Assembly (NCBI GenBank): GCA_041494705.1 | Contig: JBGQBI010000004.1 | Location: 270,001-302,000 of the forward strand | Source of the DNA: Candidatus Methanoperedens sp. | GTDB taxonomy: Archaea > Halobacteriota > Methanosarcinia > Methanosarcinales > Methanoperedenaceae | DNA length: 32,000 nt | Reading direction: 5' to 3' | In this document: positions 17,339 through 25,837 of the stretch, in pieces | Position numbering within the stretch: the stretch's first letter is position 1 | Layout of the letters: each line of letters opens with the position of its first letter | Made by a program: the position numbers and the translations under genes | Notes under the pieces: model-generated | Databases searched by the model: none | Told to the model about the DNA's origin: nothing | What the model saw: only the letters and a program-made list of their open reading frames with translations

Positions 17339-17971
17339 ATGAACCAGATTGATAGCAAGGATATTAAATCAGAGGTAATGCGTGTTATCCTTAATATATC
17401 CAAGAGTCTTGCCAAAGAGAACCAGGGGGCTCTATTTATCATAGCGGACAGGGATAAAATCGAGGGGAGCTACCATCTCCATTATCCCCAGATCCAGTTT
17501 GCAGGGAATCTCCTGAGTAAGGGAATGGATGCGGTGGTTGAAAAGCTTTCTACACTTGATGGTGCCATGATTTTTTCACCCGTTGGGGATTTAATCGCTT
17601 ACGGTTCAAGGATATTAAAAACAGAAACATTGATCGGCTTCGGCACAAGGCATTCGGCAGCAAAAGGCATAACGTTATACGATGATTCCTTTACCGCCGT
17701 CCTTGTCTCTGAAGAGAGCGGCTGGATAAAAGTTTTCCAGAAAGGAGAGATCGTTCTTGAGACAGACTCGGTCGATATCGAACCTTCCACGCTTGATAAG
17801 GTTTCCCGCTTCCTCATGAACCGCGACATGGCTCTTCTTGCAGGCGCGGGAATAACAGTTGCCGCAGGAATCGTTTCCGCCCCCGCAGTATTGATAGTGG
17901 GCGGGGCATATATGATGGTAAAAACAGCAGGTCAGGTAATCTCTTCGGCCTTAAAGAAAGAAAAGAAATAA
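17339..17971 (+). CDS. DAC (DisA_N) domain protein, putative diadenylate cyclase, with a C-terminal hydrophobic tail
   Basis: The product aligns by eye to DAC-domain hallmarks: GALFII, LDGAMIF (DGA motif), GTRHSAAKGIT (RHR-like motif) and VLVSEESGWIKVFQKG. The C-terminus (ALLAGAGITVAAGIVSAPAVLIVGGAYMMV) is hydrophobic. Confidence 0.7.
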   Translation: MNQIDSKDIKSEVMRVILNISKSLAKENQGALFIIADRDKIEGSYHLHYPQIQFAGNLLSKGMDAVVEKLSTLDGAMIFSPVGDLIAYGSRILKTETLIGFGTRHSAAKGITLYDDSFTAVLVSEESGWIKVFQKGEIVLETDSVDIEPSTLDKVSRFLMNRDMALLAGAGITVAAGIVSAPAVLIVGGAYMMVKTAGQVISSALKKEKK

Positions 17972-17972
17972 T

Positions 17973-18776
17973 ATGATTCATTTTACAAAACTTCACGGCA
18001 ACGGGAATGATTTCATCCTCATAGACGAATACAGCGGTGAGGTCATCACTGATAAATCCGGATTTGCGGCCAGATATTGCAATCGGCGTTTCGGGATAGG
18101 GGCTGACGGCGTCCTGTATCTTGGGAATTCGGATAAAGCCGATATCAGGATGAGGATTTTTAATTCTGACGGCTCCGAGGCTGAGATGTGCGGAAACGGC
18201 ATCAGGTGCCTCGCAAAATACGCGCTTGATGAAGGATACATCAAAGAGAATGCAAGCGTTGAAACACCTGTCGGAATTCTTTCAGTAGCCTTGCGGATTA
18301 AGGATAAGACGTGGATAACAGTAAATATGGGAATACCCGTTTTTGAACGTGAAAAAATCCCGGCAAAAGGTACAGGAGAATTTCTCAATGTTCCTTTACA
18401 TGGTTATAACGTCTCAGCCGTAAATACAGGGGTCCCTCATGCTGTAATCTTCGTGGATTCTTTTGAATCCGGGCTGATGGCCATTGCCCCGAAAATCCGC
18501 TACGACCCGGTTTTTCCAAAAGGAATCAACGTGAATTTTGTGATTCTAAACTCAAAAGATGAGATTACAGTACGCACCTATGAGCGCGGGGTGGAAGCCG
18601 AAACCTTAAGCTGCGGCACAGGCTCTGTTGCCTGCGCGGCTGTTTCTAACAGGCTTGGCAAAACAGGCAAGAAAGTGAAAGTGAATACTGAAGGGGGAAA
18701 ATTGAGAATCACCCTTGCCACCGATGGCGCCTATATGGAAGGACCTGCCGAGCGGGTGTTTGAGGGTACGGTTTAA
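17973..18776 (+). CDS. dapF: Diaminopimelate epimerase
   Basis: The motifs are LHGNGNDF, active-site CGNG and SCGTGS. The length is 267 aa. It starts 1 nt after the stop of the DAC gene. Confidence 0.9.
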   Translation: MIHFTKLHGNGNDFILIDEYSGEVITDKSGFAARYCNRRFGIGADGVLYLGNSDKADIRMRIFNSDGSEAEMCGNGIRCLAKYALDEGYIKENASVETPVGILSVALRIKDKTWITVNMGIPVFEREKIPAKGTGEFLNVPLHGYNVSAVNTGVPHAVIFVDSFESGLMAIAPKIRYDPVFPKGINVNFVILNSKDEITVRTYERGVEAETLSCGTGSVACAAVSNRLGKTGKKVKVNTEGGKLRITLATDGAYMEGPAERVFEGTV

Positions 18777-18863
18777 ATTGCCGTTTCCATGCACGAGAAT
18801 GGGCACTCCTGCATTTATCCATTATCGGGACTGTAAAATAGTTTGATTTTTGACGAAAAATAT

Positions 18864-18928
18864 TAGCCACGGAGGCGCAGAGAACACAGAGAAATAATGA
18901 CTCTGTGGCCTCCGTGTCTCGGTGGCTA
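18864..18928. repeat. Palindromic repeat of the CACAGAG family (hairpin)
   Basis: The sequence reads TAGCCAC-GGAGGC-GCAGAGAA-CACAGAG-[aaataatga]-CTCTGTG-GCCTCC-GTGTCTCG-GTGGCTA. It has three complementary stem segments of 7, 6 and 7 bp with two 8-nt internal bulges. A T-rich stretch (ATTTTGCTTTTTG) follows. Confidence 0.6.
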
Positions 18929-18946
18929 TTTTGCTTTTTGATTTAA

Positions 18947-20394
<1,448 letters not shown>

Positions 20395-20419
20395 GCGGAA
20401 CATGGAATTAACTCCCTCT

Positions 20420-20439
20420 CCGGCGCAAAGGACGCAAAG
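20420..20439. repeat. Solo arm related to the CACAGAG/CGCAAAG repeat family
   Basis: CCGGCGCAAAGGACGCAAAG is followed by ATAGTTCT. The same ATAGTTCT octamer follows the left arm at 13410-13417. I found no matching inverted arm. Confidence 0.35.
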
Positions 20440-20520
20440 ATAGTTCTTAATGAATTACGGATGTATAGTGGCATGTCAGGATGCAAACCTTAATTTAAGA
20501 AAAAAAGCTTATAACACCAC

Positions 20521-20763
20521 ATGGACGAGAATACCGTAAACAGGACAAAAGCTGCCATCAACGCCCTGATAGACATAGAGCAGTTGTGGATCGAGAATAC
20601 GCCCAATTATAACCTCTCCACGCAGGAACTGCTTGTTCTCAAGAAAAGGCTTGAGCGGGCTTCCGAGAATGTTTCTAAGATTTACGAGGAGAACAGGGCA
20701 AAGTTGCAGGCTGCTGAGGATGAAATCAAAAAGATGCATGAGGGGAAGAAAAAGAAAGGCTGA
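20521..20763 (+). CDS. Small helical (coiled-coil-like) hypothetical protein
   Basis: The 80-aa product has heptad-like charged composition and a Lys-rich tail. The overlapping minus-strand ORF (20509-20871) looks like a compositional shadow. Confidence 0.45.
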   Translation: MDENTVNRTKAAINALIDIEQLWIENTPNYNLSTQELLVLKKRLERASENVSKIYEENRAKLQAAEDEIKKMHEGKKKKG

Positions 20764-20766
20764 GAT

Positions 20767-20777
20767 TTTATATAAAA
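20767..20777 (+). promoter_or_regulatory. Candidate TATA box for the GNAT gene
   Basis: TTTATATAAAA lies about 30-40 nt upstream of ATG 20806. Confidence 0.3.
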
Positions 20778-20805
20778 TCCTCGTACATCGTACGGGTTTG
20801 TGACT

Positions 20806-21285
20806 ATGGTGCCGGAAATAAAGATAAAGATCAGAAAAGCCATTCTTAACGATTTTGAGCAAATTTATCAATTACTGCCTCAACTCTGGCCTCATACCAG
20901 ATTGAATAGAAATAGACTTCGGATTACTTTTAGCCGGGCTTTAAATTCTGGACAACAATATTACCTTTGCGCATTCGAAAAAAAAGTTATTGTCGGATTT
21001 TGTTCGTTGAGTACAAGAAATAGCCTTTGGCAACAGGGCTTGCTTGCACACATTGATGAACTCATTGTGGATCAATCGTATCGGGGGCGTGGAATAGGCA
21101 CTCGACTAATGACGGAAGCAATAAAACTGGCGGTTAAAAAGCGATGTTCACGAATTGAGCTGGATTCGGCATTTCACAGAAAGCATGCGCATGGCTTTTA
21201 TAACAAAATGGGGTTTGAGAGCAGGGCATACCTGTTCTCAAAAGTGGCCCAATCCACTCATGTGGCTAAAAATGGCAGACAATAG
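20806..21285 (+). CDS. GNAT family N-acetyltransferase
   Basis: Acetyl-CoA-binding motif A is present (VDQSYRGRGIGTRLM). The C-terminal motif HGFYNKMGF is present. I prefer ATG 20806 over the track GTG 20800. Confidence 0.85.
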   Translation: MVPEIKIKIRKAILNDFEQIYQLLPQLWPHTRLNRNRLRITFSRALNSGQQYYLCAFEKKVIVGFCSLSTRNSLWQQGLLAHIDELIVDQSYRGRGIGTRLMTEAIKLAVKKRCSRIELDSAFHRKHAHGFYNKMGFESRAYLFSKVAQSTHVAKNGRQ

Positions 21286-21379
21286 GTATCCAAAAAACCC
21301 CCATCAAAACCCCAACCATCACCTATTTATATCAATTTAACTTTACTGAAATCAAGTTTAATTGATTTGGTGGACATAA

Positions 21380-22303
21380 ATGCACATCTCAGATGGGATT
21401 CTGGAACCAAAATGGATTTTATTCTGGTTCGTAATATCTGCGATATTCATCTATCTGGGCTTGCGGATAATCAACAAACGCATCGCAGCAGACCCCGCAT
21501 ACCTTCCCAGGATTTCACTCATCGGCGCCGTGGTATTTGTCATATCCGTTTGGCACATTCCCGTACCTGTGACGGGCTCATCATCCCATCCCGTGGGAAC
21601 ACCTCTGGCTGCAATTATAATAGGACCTTTTGCAACAGTCGTGATAAGCGCGATTTCCCTTTTCTTCCAGGCATTCGTTGGTCACGGCGGTTTAACCACC
21701 ATCGGTGCCAACACGTTTTCTATGGGAATTGTGGGAGCATTTAGCGGTTATCTTGTTTACAGGATGCTTAAAAACATCTCTCCTTTGTGGTTTTCCGCCG
21801 GCATGGCAGGGTTTGTGGGAAGCATTCTGACCTATATCACTGCAGCCCTTGAGCTTGCCCTTTCCCTGAATCCTGGAAATGTGATGCACTACTGGAAATT
21901 ATATGCCATGGGTTTTATTCCCACACAACTGCCCCTTTGTATTGCAGAATTTGCATTTACGGGATATGTGATAAAATATATATCCGAGACAAAACCAGAA
22001 GTGGTTGCGCCAGCCGATGTTTGCCTTGATAGGTTCACGAAAACGGCTCTGGGTTTGATGATTTTAATCACATCCATGATTGCTATAGGCGCATATATCG
22101 GTTACTTAGGAGGGGGAAATATGGCAGGCACCGACGGCACTGTGGGAGCGCTTGCCGCGCCAGGTGCAATATCAAATGGAATAGGGGTCAGGCTGATGGC
22201 ACGTTTCGGTGAGCCGATTGGCTTTGGTTCCGTTGGAATTATAGGCGGTCTGGTTACAGGATATTACTGGAATGCGCTAAGAGGGAGAAAATCTGATGAG
22301 TGA
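21380..22303 (+). CDS. cbiM: ECF transporter substrate-capture component, CbiM/NikM fused to a CbiN/NikN-like C-terminal module
   Basis: The N-terminus (MHISDGIL) is the metal-binding Met-His start typical of CbiM/NikM. The body is multi-TM. The last 85 aa or so (TM ... MAGTDG ... FGEPIGFGSVGIIGGLVTGYYW) resemble CbiN/NikN. Confidence 0.8.
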   Translation: MHISDGILEPKWILFWFVISAIFIYLGLRIINKRIAADPAYLPRISLIGAVVFVISVWHIPVPVTGSSSHPVGTPLAAIIIGPFATVVISAISLFFQAFVGHGGLTTIGANTFSMGIVGAFSGYLVYRMLKNISPLWFSAGMAGFVGSILTYITAALELALSLNPGNVMHYWKLYAMGFIPTQLPLCIAEFAFTGYVIKYISETKPEVVAPADVCLDRFTKTALGLMILITSMIAIGAYIGYLGGGNMAGTDGTVGALAAPGAISNGIGVRLMARFGEPIGFGSVGIIGGLVTGYYWNALRGRKSDE

Positions 22304-22418
22304 ATGGCTTACAGTCGACCCATTAAACGGAATCGCAACTACCGTAGGGTTCTTTATTTCGCTCATAATAGGGCGATACCTGAGACTACGGCGCGAAAGT
22401 AATATGGGGGCAAAATGA
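22296..22418 (+). CDS. 40-codon mini-ORF encoding a single predicted TM helix between the MN and Q genes
   Basis: Manual translation gives MSEWLTVDPLNGIATTVGFFISLIIGRYLRLRRESNMGAK. It overlaps the cbiMN stop by 8 nt and the cbiQ start by 4 nt (ATGA), filling the otherwise empty 111-nt gap. It is below the length cutoff of the track. Confidence 0.3.
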   Translation: MSEWLTVDPLNGIATTVGFFISLIIGRYLRLRRESNMGAK

Positions 22419-23131
22419 CCGATTCAAGAATCAAAATTTTGATTTCGTTTCTTTTGATCACCGCAATAACAGTGATGAAACACTGGTATTTACCAATCGC
22501 CATATCACTGCTGTGCATTGTTTTTGCGGCAAAACTAAAGGTAATCAGGGATTACGGTAAAAAACTCCGGTTTCCTTTAGTCTTAGCCCTGTTCATTTTC
22601 GTAACACAGGGCTTTACCTATGGGGTTAATGCCATTAATCTTGGAATCTTTTCAGTATATTCAGAGGGAATCGAGTACGGTTTTCTGATATTCTCGCGGG
22701 TGTTCGCGTCTGCCTCTATCCTGCTGCTCCTTGTAATCACAACTTCCGAGAGCGAGCTGCTTGAAAGCATGCGTTACTTTGGGGTTCCAAAAACCATGCT
22801 TGAGATTTCCTCGTTCATGGCACGCTACATCAAGACTTTTTCAAGCGAGGGAAAAAAACTGAAACTGGCGCAGGAGTCACGGTGCGGCTTCCCAAAGAAA
22901 GCCGGGTTCACGAAGAAAATGCACAATCTTGCCTCGATAGGAGGAGCCCTCATCACGCGCGCATTTGCAAGAAGTGAAGAGGTTTACAGAGCCATGCTCT
23001 CGCGCGGCTGGAAGCAGGATTTAAGGTATTCGATAGACTGCCATCCATTAAATAAAAGGGATATAACTCTGGGAATTGTGTTATCCTCAGGGATTTTTGC
23101 CCTTGTTGGATTTGACTGGTTGCTGCGGTGA
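22415..23131 (+). CDS. cbiQ: ECF transporter transmembrane T component (CbiQ/NikQ)
   Basis: The product is a multi-TM protein. It carries the EcfT-type C-terminal motifs ITRAFARSEEVYRAMLSRGW. Confidence 0.8.
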   Translation: MTDSRIKILISFLLITAITVMKHWYLPIAISLLCIVFAAKLKVIRDYGKKLRFPLVLALFIFVTQGFTYGVNAINLGIFSVYSEGIEYGFLIFSRVFASASILLLLVITTSESELLESMRYFGVPKTMLEISSFMARYIKTFSSEGKKLKLAQESRCGFPKKAGFTKKMHNLASIGGALITRAFARSEEVYRAMLSRGWKQDLRYSIDCHPLNKRDITLGIVLSSGIFALVGFDWLLR

Positions 23132-24450
23132 CAATGACTGCAATAAAAACAACCGGGCTTAAATACACATACGCAGACGGCACAAATGCACTGTCAGAAA
23201 TAAACTTTGAAGCCAATGAAGGTGAGAAGGTTGCTGTTCTCGGCCCGAACGGAAGCGGGAAAACAACGTTATTTTACCACTTCAACGGCTTGATTAAACC
23301 CACATGCGGGGAAGTGCTGGTATTCGGAGAAAGTATCTCCAAAACTAATATCGAAAAGGTCAGGAAACGTGTCGGTCTTGTATTCCAGGAATCTGATAAC
23401 CAGTTATTTGCTCCTACTGTTTTTGAGGATATCGCTTTCGGTCCCAAAAATCTCGGACTGGATTCCAATGAAATCAAAAGCCTGGTTTCTGAGATGCTTC
23501 GCAGGTTCGATATAGAAAACCTTGCACTGAAAAATCCTGCGAACTTAAGCGGTGGGCAGAAAAAAAGAGTGGCAATCGCAGGAGTCGTTGCCATGGAGCC
23601 TGATGTCCTGGTTCTTGATGAACCCACTTCTGGCATGGATGCCGCCGGGATTACGGATATCATGGAGGTTCTTGATGAATTAAACAATGATGGGAAAACC
23701 ATTATAATATCAACCCATGATTCTGACCTTGCGGCATCATGGGCTGACCGTATGTATATATTGAATAAAGGAAAGGTCTTCAAATCAGGAATCCCAAAAC
23801 ATATTTTTGCTGATGAAAAACTGATTGCAGATGCGGGATTGAGGCAGCCCGTCATAGTCCAGACATATCGTGAGTTTCGGGCGCGCGGTATCTCAGGAGG
23901 CGAAGTCCCGCTTTCCGTTCTCGATCTTATGGACTCTGTTGATGCAAAGGTAATAAACATCAGGTGCGCCATAGCAGCCTCAGATGTCCTGGCAGGCGAT
24001 GAAGTCTTTCTTGAAATCAAAGACGGTATGCTTGTTGCAGGCAGGGGCTCAAAAGGTGTTACGGGAAAAGTAGTGTTTGCAGGAAAAAAGGGCGAGGATA
24101 TTGCAGTAAAGGATGTTGCCGGAGACTTGCAGCAACTGGCTGGCATATTAACAATCTTTCGGGTTCCAGGAATAATCGAAGGAGGCTCAAGGGCGGCGGA
24201 CATGGAAAAGGTTCGTGAAATACTTTCTAAAAATAAGCATCAAAAGATAGGCGCGATGGGCACATCCGCGAAGGTATTGGTTAATAAAATGGGAATCAGG
24301 TGCGATTTTGAATTTGATGTAATCCAGTCAGGCATGCTTGCGGCGCTTCGGGGTTTTGATGTGTGCATTTTTGCTACCGGGGGAATGGCGGAGAGGGTGA
24401 TTGAGAAAATAAGGGAGAGAAAGCTCAATCATGAATATTTTGTGCTATAA
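23128..24450 (+). CDS. cbiO: ECF transporter ATPase (CbiO/NikO) with an unassigned C-terminal extension of about 170 aa
   Basis: Walker A (GPNGSGKTT), the ABC signature (LSGGQKKR) and Walker B (LVLDEPTSGMD) lie within the first 270 aa or so. Residues from about 272 to 440 continue in frame without a stop. Confidence 0.9.
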   Translation: MTMTAIKTTGLKYTYADGTNALSEINFEANEGEKVAVLGPNGSGKTTLFYHFNGLIKPTCGEVLVFGESISKTNIEKVRKRVGLVFQESDNQLFAPTVFEDIAFGPKNLGLDSNEIKSLVSEMLRRFDIENLALKNPANLSGGQKKRVAIAGVVAMEPDVLVLDEPTSGMDAAGITDIMEVLDELNNDGKTIIISTHDSDLAASWADRMYILNKGKVFKSGIPKHIFADEKLIADAGLRQPVIVQTYREFRARGISGGEVPLSVLDLMDSVDAKVINIRCAIAASDVLAGDEVFLEIKDGMLVAGRGSKGVTGKVVFAGKKGEDIAVKDVAGDLQQLAGILTIFRVPGIIEGGSRAADMEKVREILSKNKHQKIGAMGTSAKVLVNKMGIRCDFEFDVIQSGMLAALRGFDVCIFATGGMAERVIEKIRERKLNHEYFVL

Positions 24451-24526
24451 GTTATATCGTTAAACAGCAGATAATTATAGCAGAATAATTATAGCCAGTA
24501 GTGAGAACTCAAAAACAATGTTAACA

Positions 24527-24592
24527 CTTTGTGCTCCTGGCGTCTTTGCGGTGAGTTGTTTCTAACCACAGAGGCCCAAAGAGCCCGCGAAG
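24527..24592. repeat. Imperfect palindromic repeat of the CACAGAG/CGCAAAG family, abutting the arcC start codon
   Basis: The left arm is CTTTGTGCTCCTGGCGTCTTTGCGG (24527-24551). The right arm is CCACAGAGGCCCAAAGAGCCCGCGAAG (24566-24592), with 9-nt periodic units. The arms are partially complementary. Confidence 0.5.
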
Positions 24593-25528
24593 ATGAGTCA
24601 AAATATGAGCAGAATAGTAATCGCAATAGGCGGGAACGCAATATTGAATCCCTCAAGGGGAAGCCCGGTAGAGCAGCAGAGAATGATAGATGAAACCTGC
24701 ATGGAAATTGCACAGATTATCCGAAAAGGCTATGATGTTGTCCTGACACACGGAAATGGCCCCCAGATAGGGAATATCCTTGCTATGCAGGAAGAATGCG
24801 CTCTTGTTCATCCCCAGCCGCTTGATGTGTGCGGGGCAGAAACGCAGGGGATGCTCGGGTACTCGCTCCAGCAGTCGCTTGATAACAGGCTCAGGGAAAG
24901 CGGGATAACAAAGCAGGTCGCAACAGTGCTGACGCAGGTGGTAGTGGATGCGTCCTCTTCTTCTTTTACTAATCCCACAAAGCCGATTGGCATCTATTAT
25001 CCTGAATCAAGAGCACAGGAAATGATAGCGCTGGGAATAAAGATGATACATGATAAAAAGGGCTACCGCCGTGTTGTTCCTTCTCCCATGCCGCTTCAGC
25101 TCGTGGAAGAAGATGTCATAAAGAAACTTGCCGCTCTTGGAGTTATTGTCATTGCAGCAGGCGGAGGCGGAATTCCGGTTATCCGGAAAAACGGCTCGCT
25201 GGTAGGCGTTGAAGCTGTAATTGATAAGGATTTGACAGGAAGTCTCCTGGCATCTGCTATCGGGGCTGAAACTTTTTTAATACTTACAGATGTTGAAAAG
25301 GCGGCATTGAATTACGGGAAAGATAACCAGGCTGACCTTGATGAAATCACAGTTTCAGAAGCCGAGCGATACATAGAAGAGGGGCATTTCGGGAAAGGCA
25401 GCATGGAACCCAAGATTCTTGCGGCACTGCGGTTTATAAAATCGGGTGGCAAAACCTCAATCATATCAAGTCTTGATAAGGCATTGCCAGCGCTTCTTGG
25501 TAATGCAGGCACGCGGATTATAGCGTAA
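24593..25528 (+). CDS. arcC: Carbamate kinase
   Basis: The product is strongly similar to Pyrococcus carbamate kinase. Shared motifs are IAIGGNA, THGNGPQIG, RRVVPSP, GGGGIPV, EAVIDKD and GSMEPK. Confidence 0.9.
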   Translation: MSQNMSRIVIAIGGNAILNPSRGSPVEQQRMIDETCMEIAQIIRKGYDVVLTHGNGPQIGNILAMQEECALVHPQPLDVCGAETQGMLGYSLQQSLDNRLRESGITKQVATVLTQVVVDASSSSFTNPTKPIGIYYPESRAQEMIALGIKMIHDKKGYRRVVPSPMPLQLVEEDVIKKLAALGVIVIAAGGGGIPVIRKNGSLVGVEAVIDKDLTGSLLASAIGAETFLILTDVEKAALNYGKDNQADLDEITVSEAERYIEEGHFGKGSMEPKILAALRFIKSGGKTSIISSLDKALPALLGNAGTRIIA

Positions 25529-25531
25529 TAT

Positions 25532-25738
25532 TCAGGTTGGCTTTCTTGAAGAGATGACCTTATTCAGGTCAGCTACCAGCGCATCCACATTTATTCCATG
25601 AGCCATTGCTCCTTCCTCAATGCTTTCAAAGGCAGACACATGACATCCGACGCAATGCAGCCCATGCCTCATAAATACCATCATGGTTTCAGGATACTGG
25701 CTTACTACTTCCTCGATTTTCATGTCTTTTGTTATCAT
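25532..25738 (-). CDS. DUF1858-type small protein (hybrid-cluster-protein-associated redox disulfide domain)
   Basis: The product MITKDMKIEEVVSQYPETMMVFMRHGLHCVGCHVS...ESIEEGAMAHG matches the DUF1858 pattern. An AAGGAG Shine-Dalgarno sequence lies 6 nt upstream of ATG 25738, so I shortened the track start of 25774. Confidence 0.7.
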   Translation of the reverse strand: MITKDMKIEEVVSQYPETMMVFMRHGLHCVGCHVSAFESIEEGAMAHGINVDALVADLNKVISSRKPT

Positions 25739-25837
25739 GATTAACTCCTTATTTATTCGTATAGTGACGAACATTGATAAAGCTTTCCAACCCTGTATAA
25801 ATCTAACATTCCTGCATTTAAAAGTTCTGCTTTTTCT

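Noticed and set aside
20509-20871. A 120-aa minus-strand ORF spanning the small-protein / GNAT junction
   Set aside because: It crosses an intergenic TATA-like region and both plus-strand genes. Its composition is not protein-like, and the plus-strand products are more plausible.
20521-21285. A small upstream protein plus a GNAT acetyltransferase, considered as a TacA/TacT-type (RHH-GNAT) toxin-antitoxin pair
   Set aside because: The 80-aa protein looks like a coiled coil, not a DUF1778/RHH antitoxin. The GNAT gene appears to have its own TATA box (20767-20777) after a 42-nt gap. Nothing distinguishes the GNAT from housekeeping acetyltransferases. The pairing cannot be excluded without profile searches, but it is not supported.
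21286-21379. A riboswitch (cobalamin or NiCo) or NikR operator upstream of the Ni/Co transporter
   Set aside because: The leader is under 100 nt, AT-rich and C-tract-rich. It has no conserved B12-box-like sequence or obvious multi-stem structure, and riboswitches are rare in archaea.
23274-24203. A 309-aa minus-strand ORF antisense to cbiO
   Set aside because: The Ser/Pro/Thr-rich translation has no recognisable domain. The plus strand carries complete ABC ATPase motifs, so this is a shadow ORF.
24489-24713. A 74-aa minus-strand ORF overlapping the arcC start
   Set aside because: It translates the repeat element and the antisense of a well-supported carbamate kinase gene.
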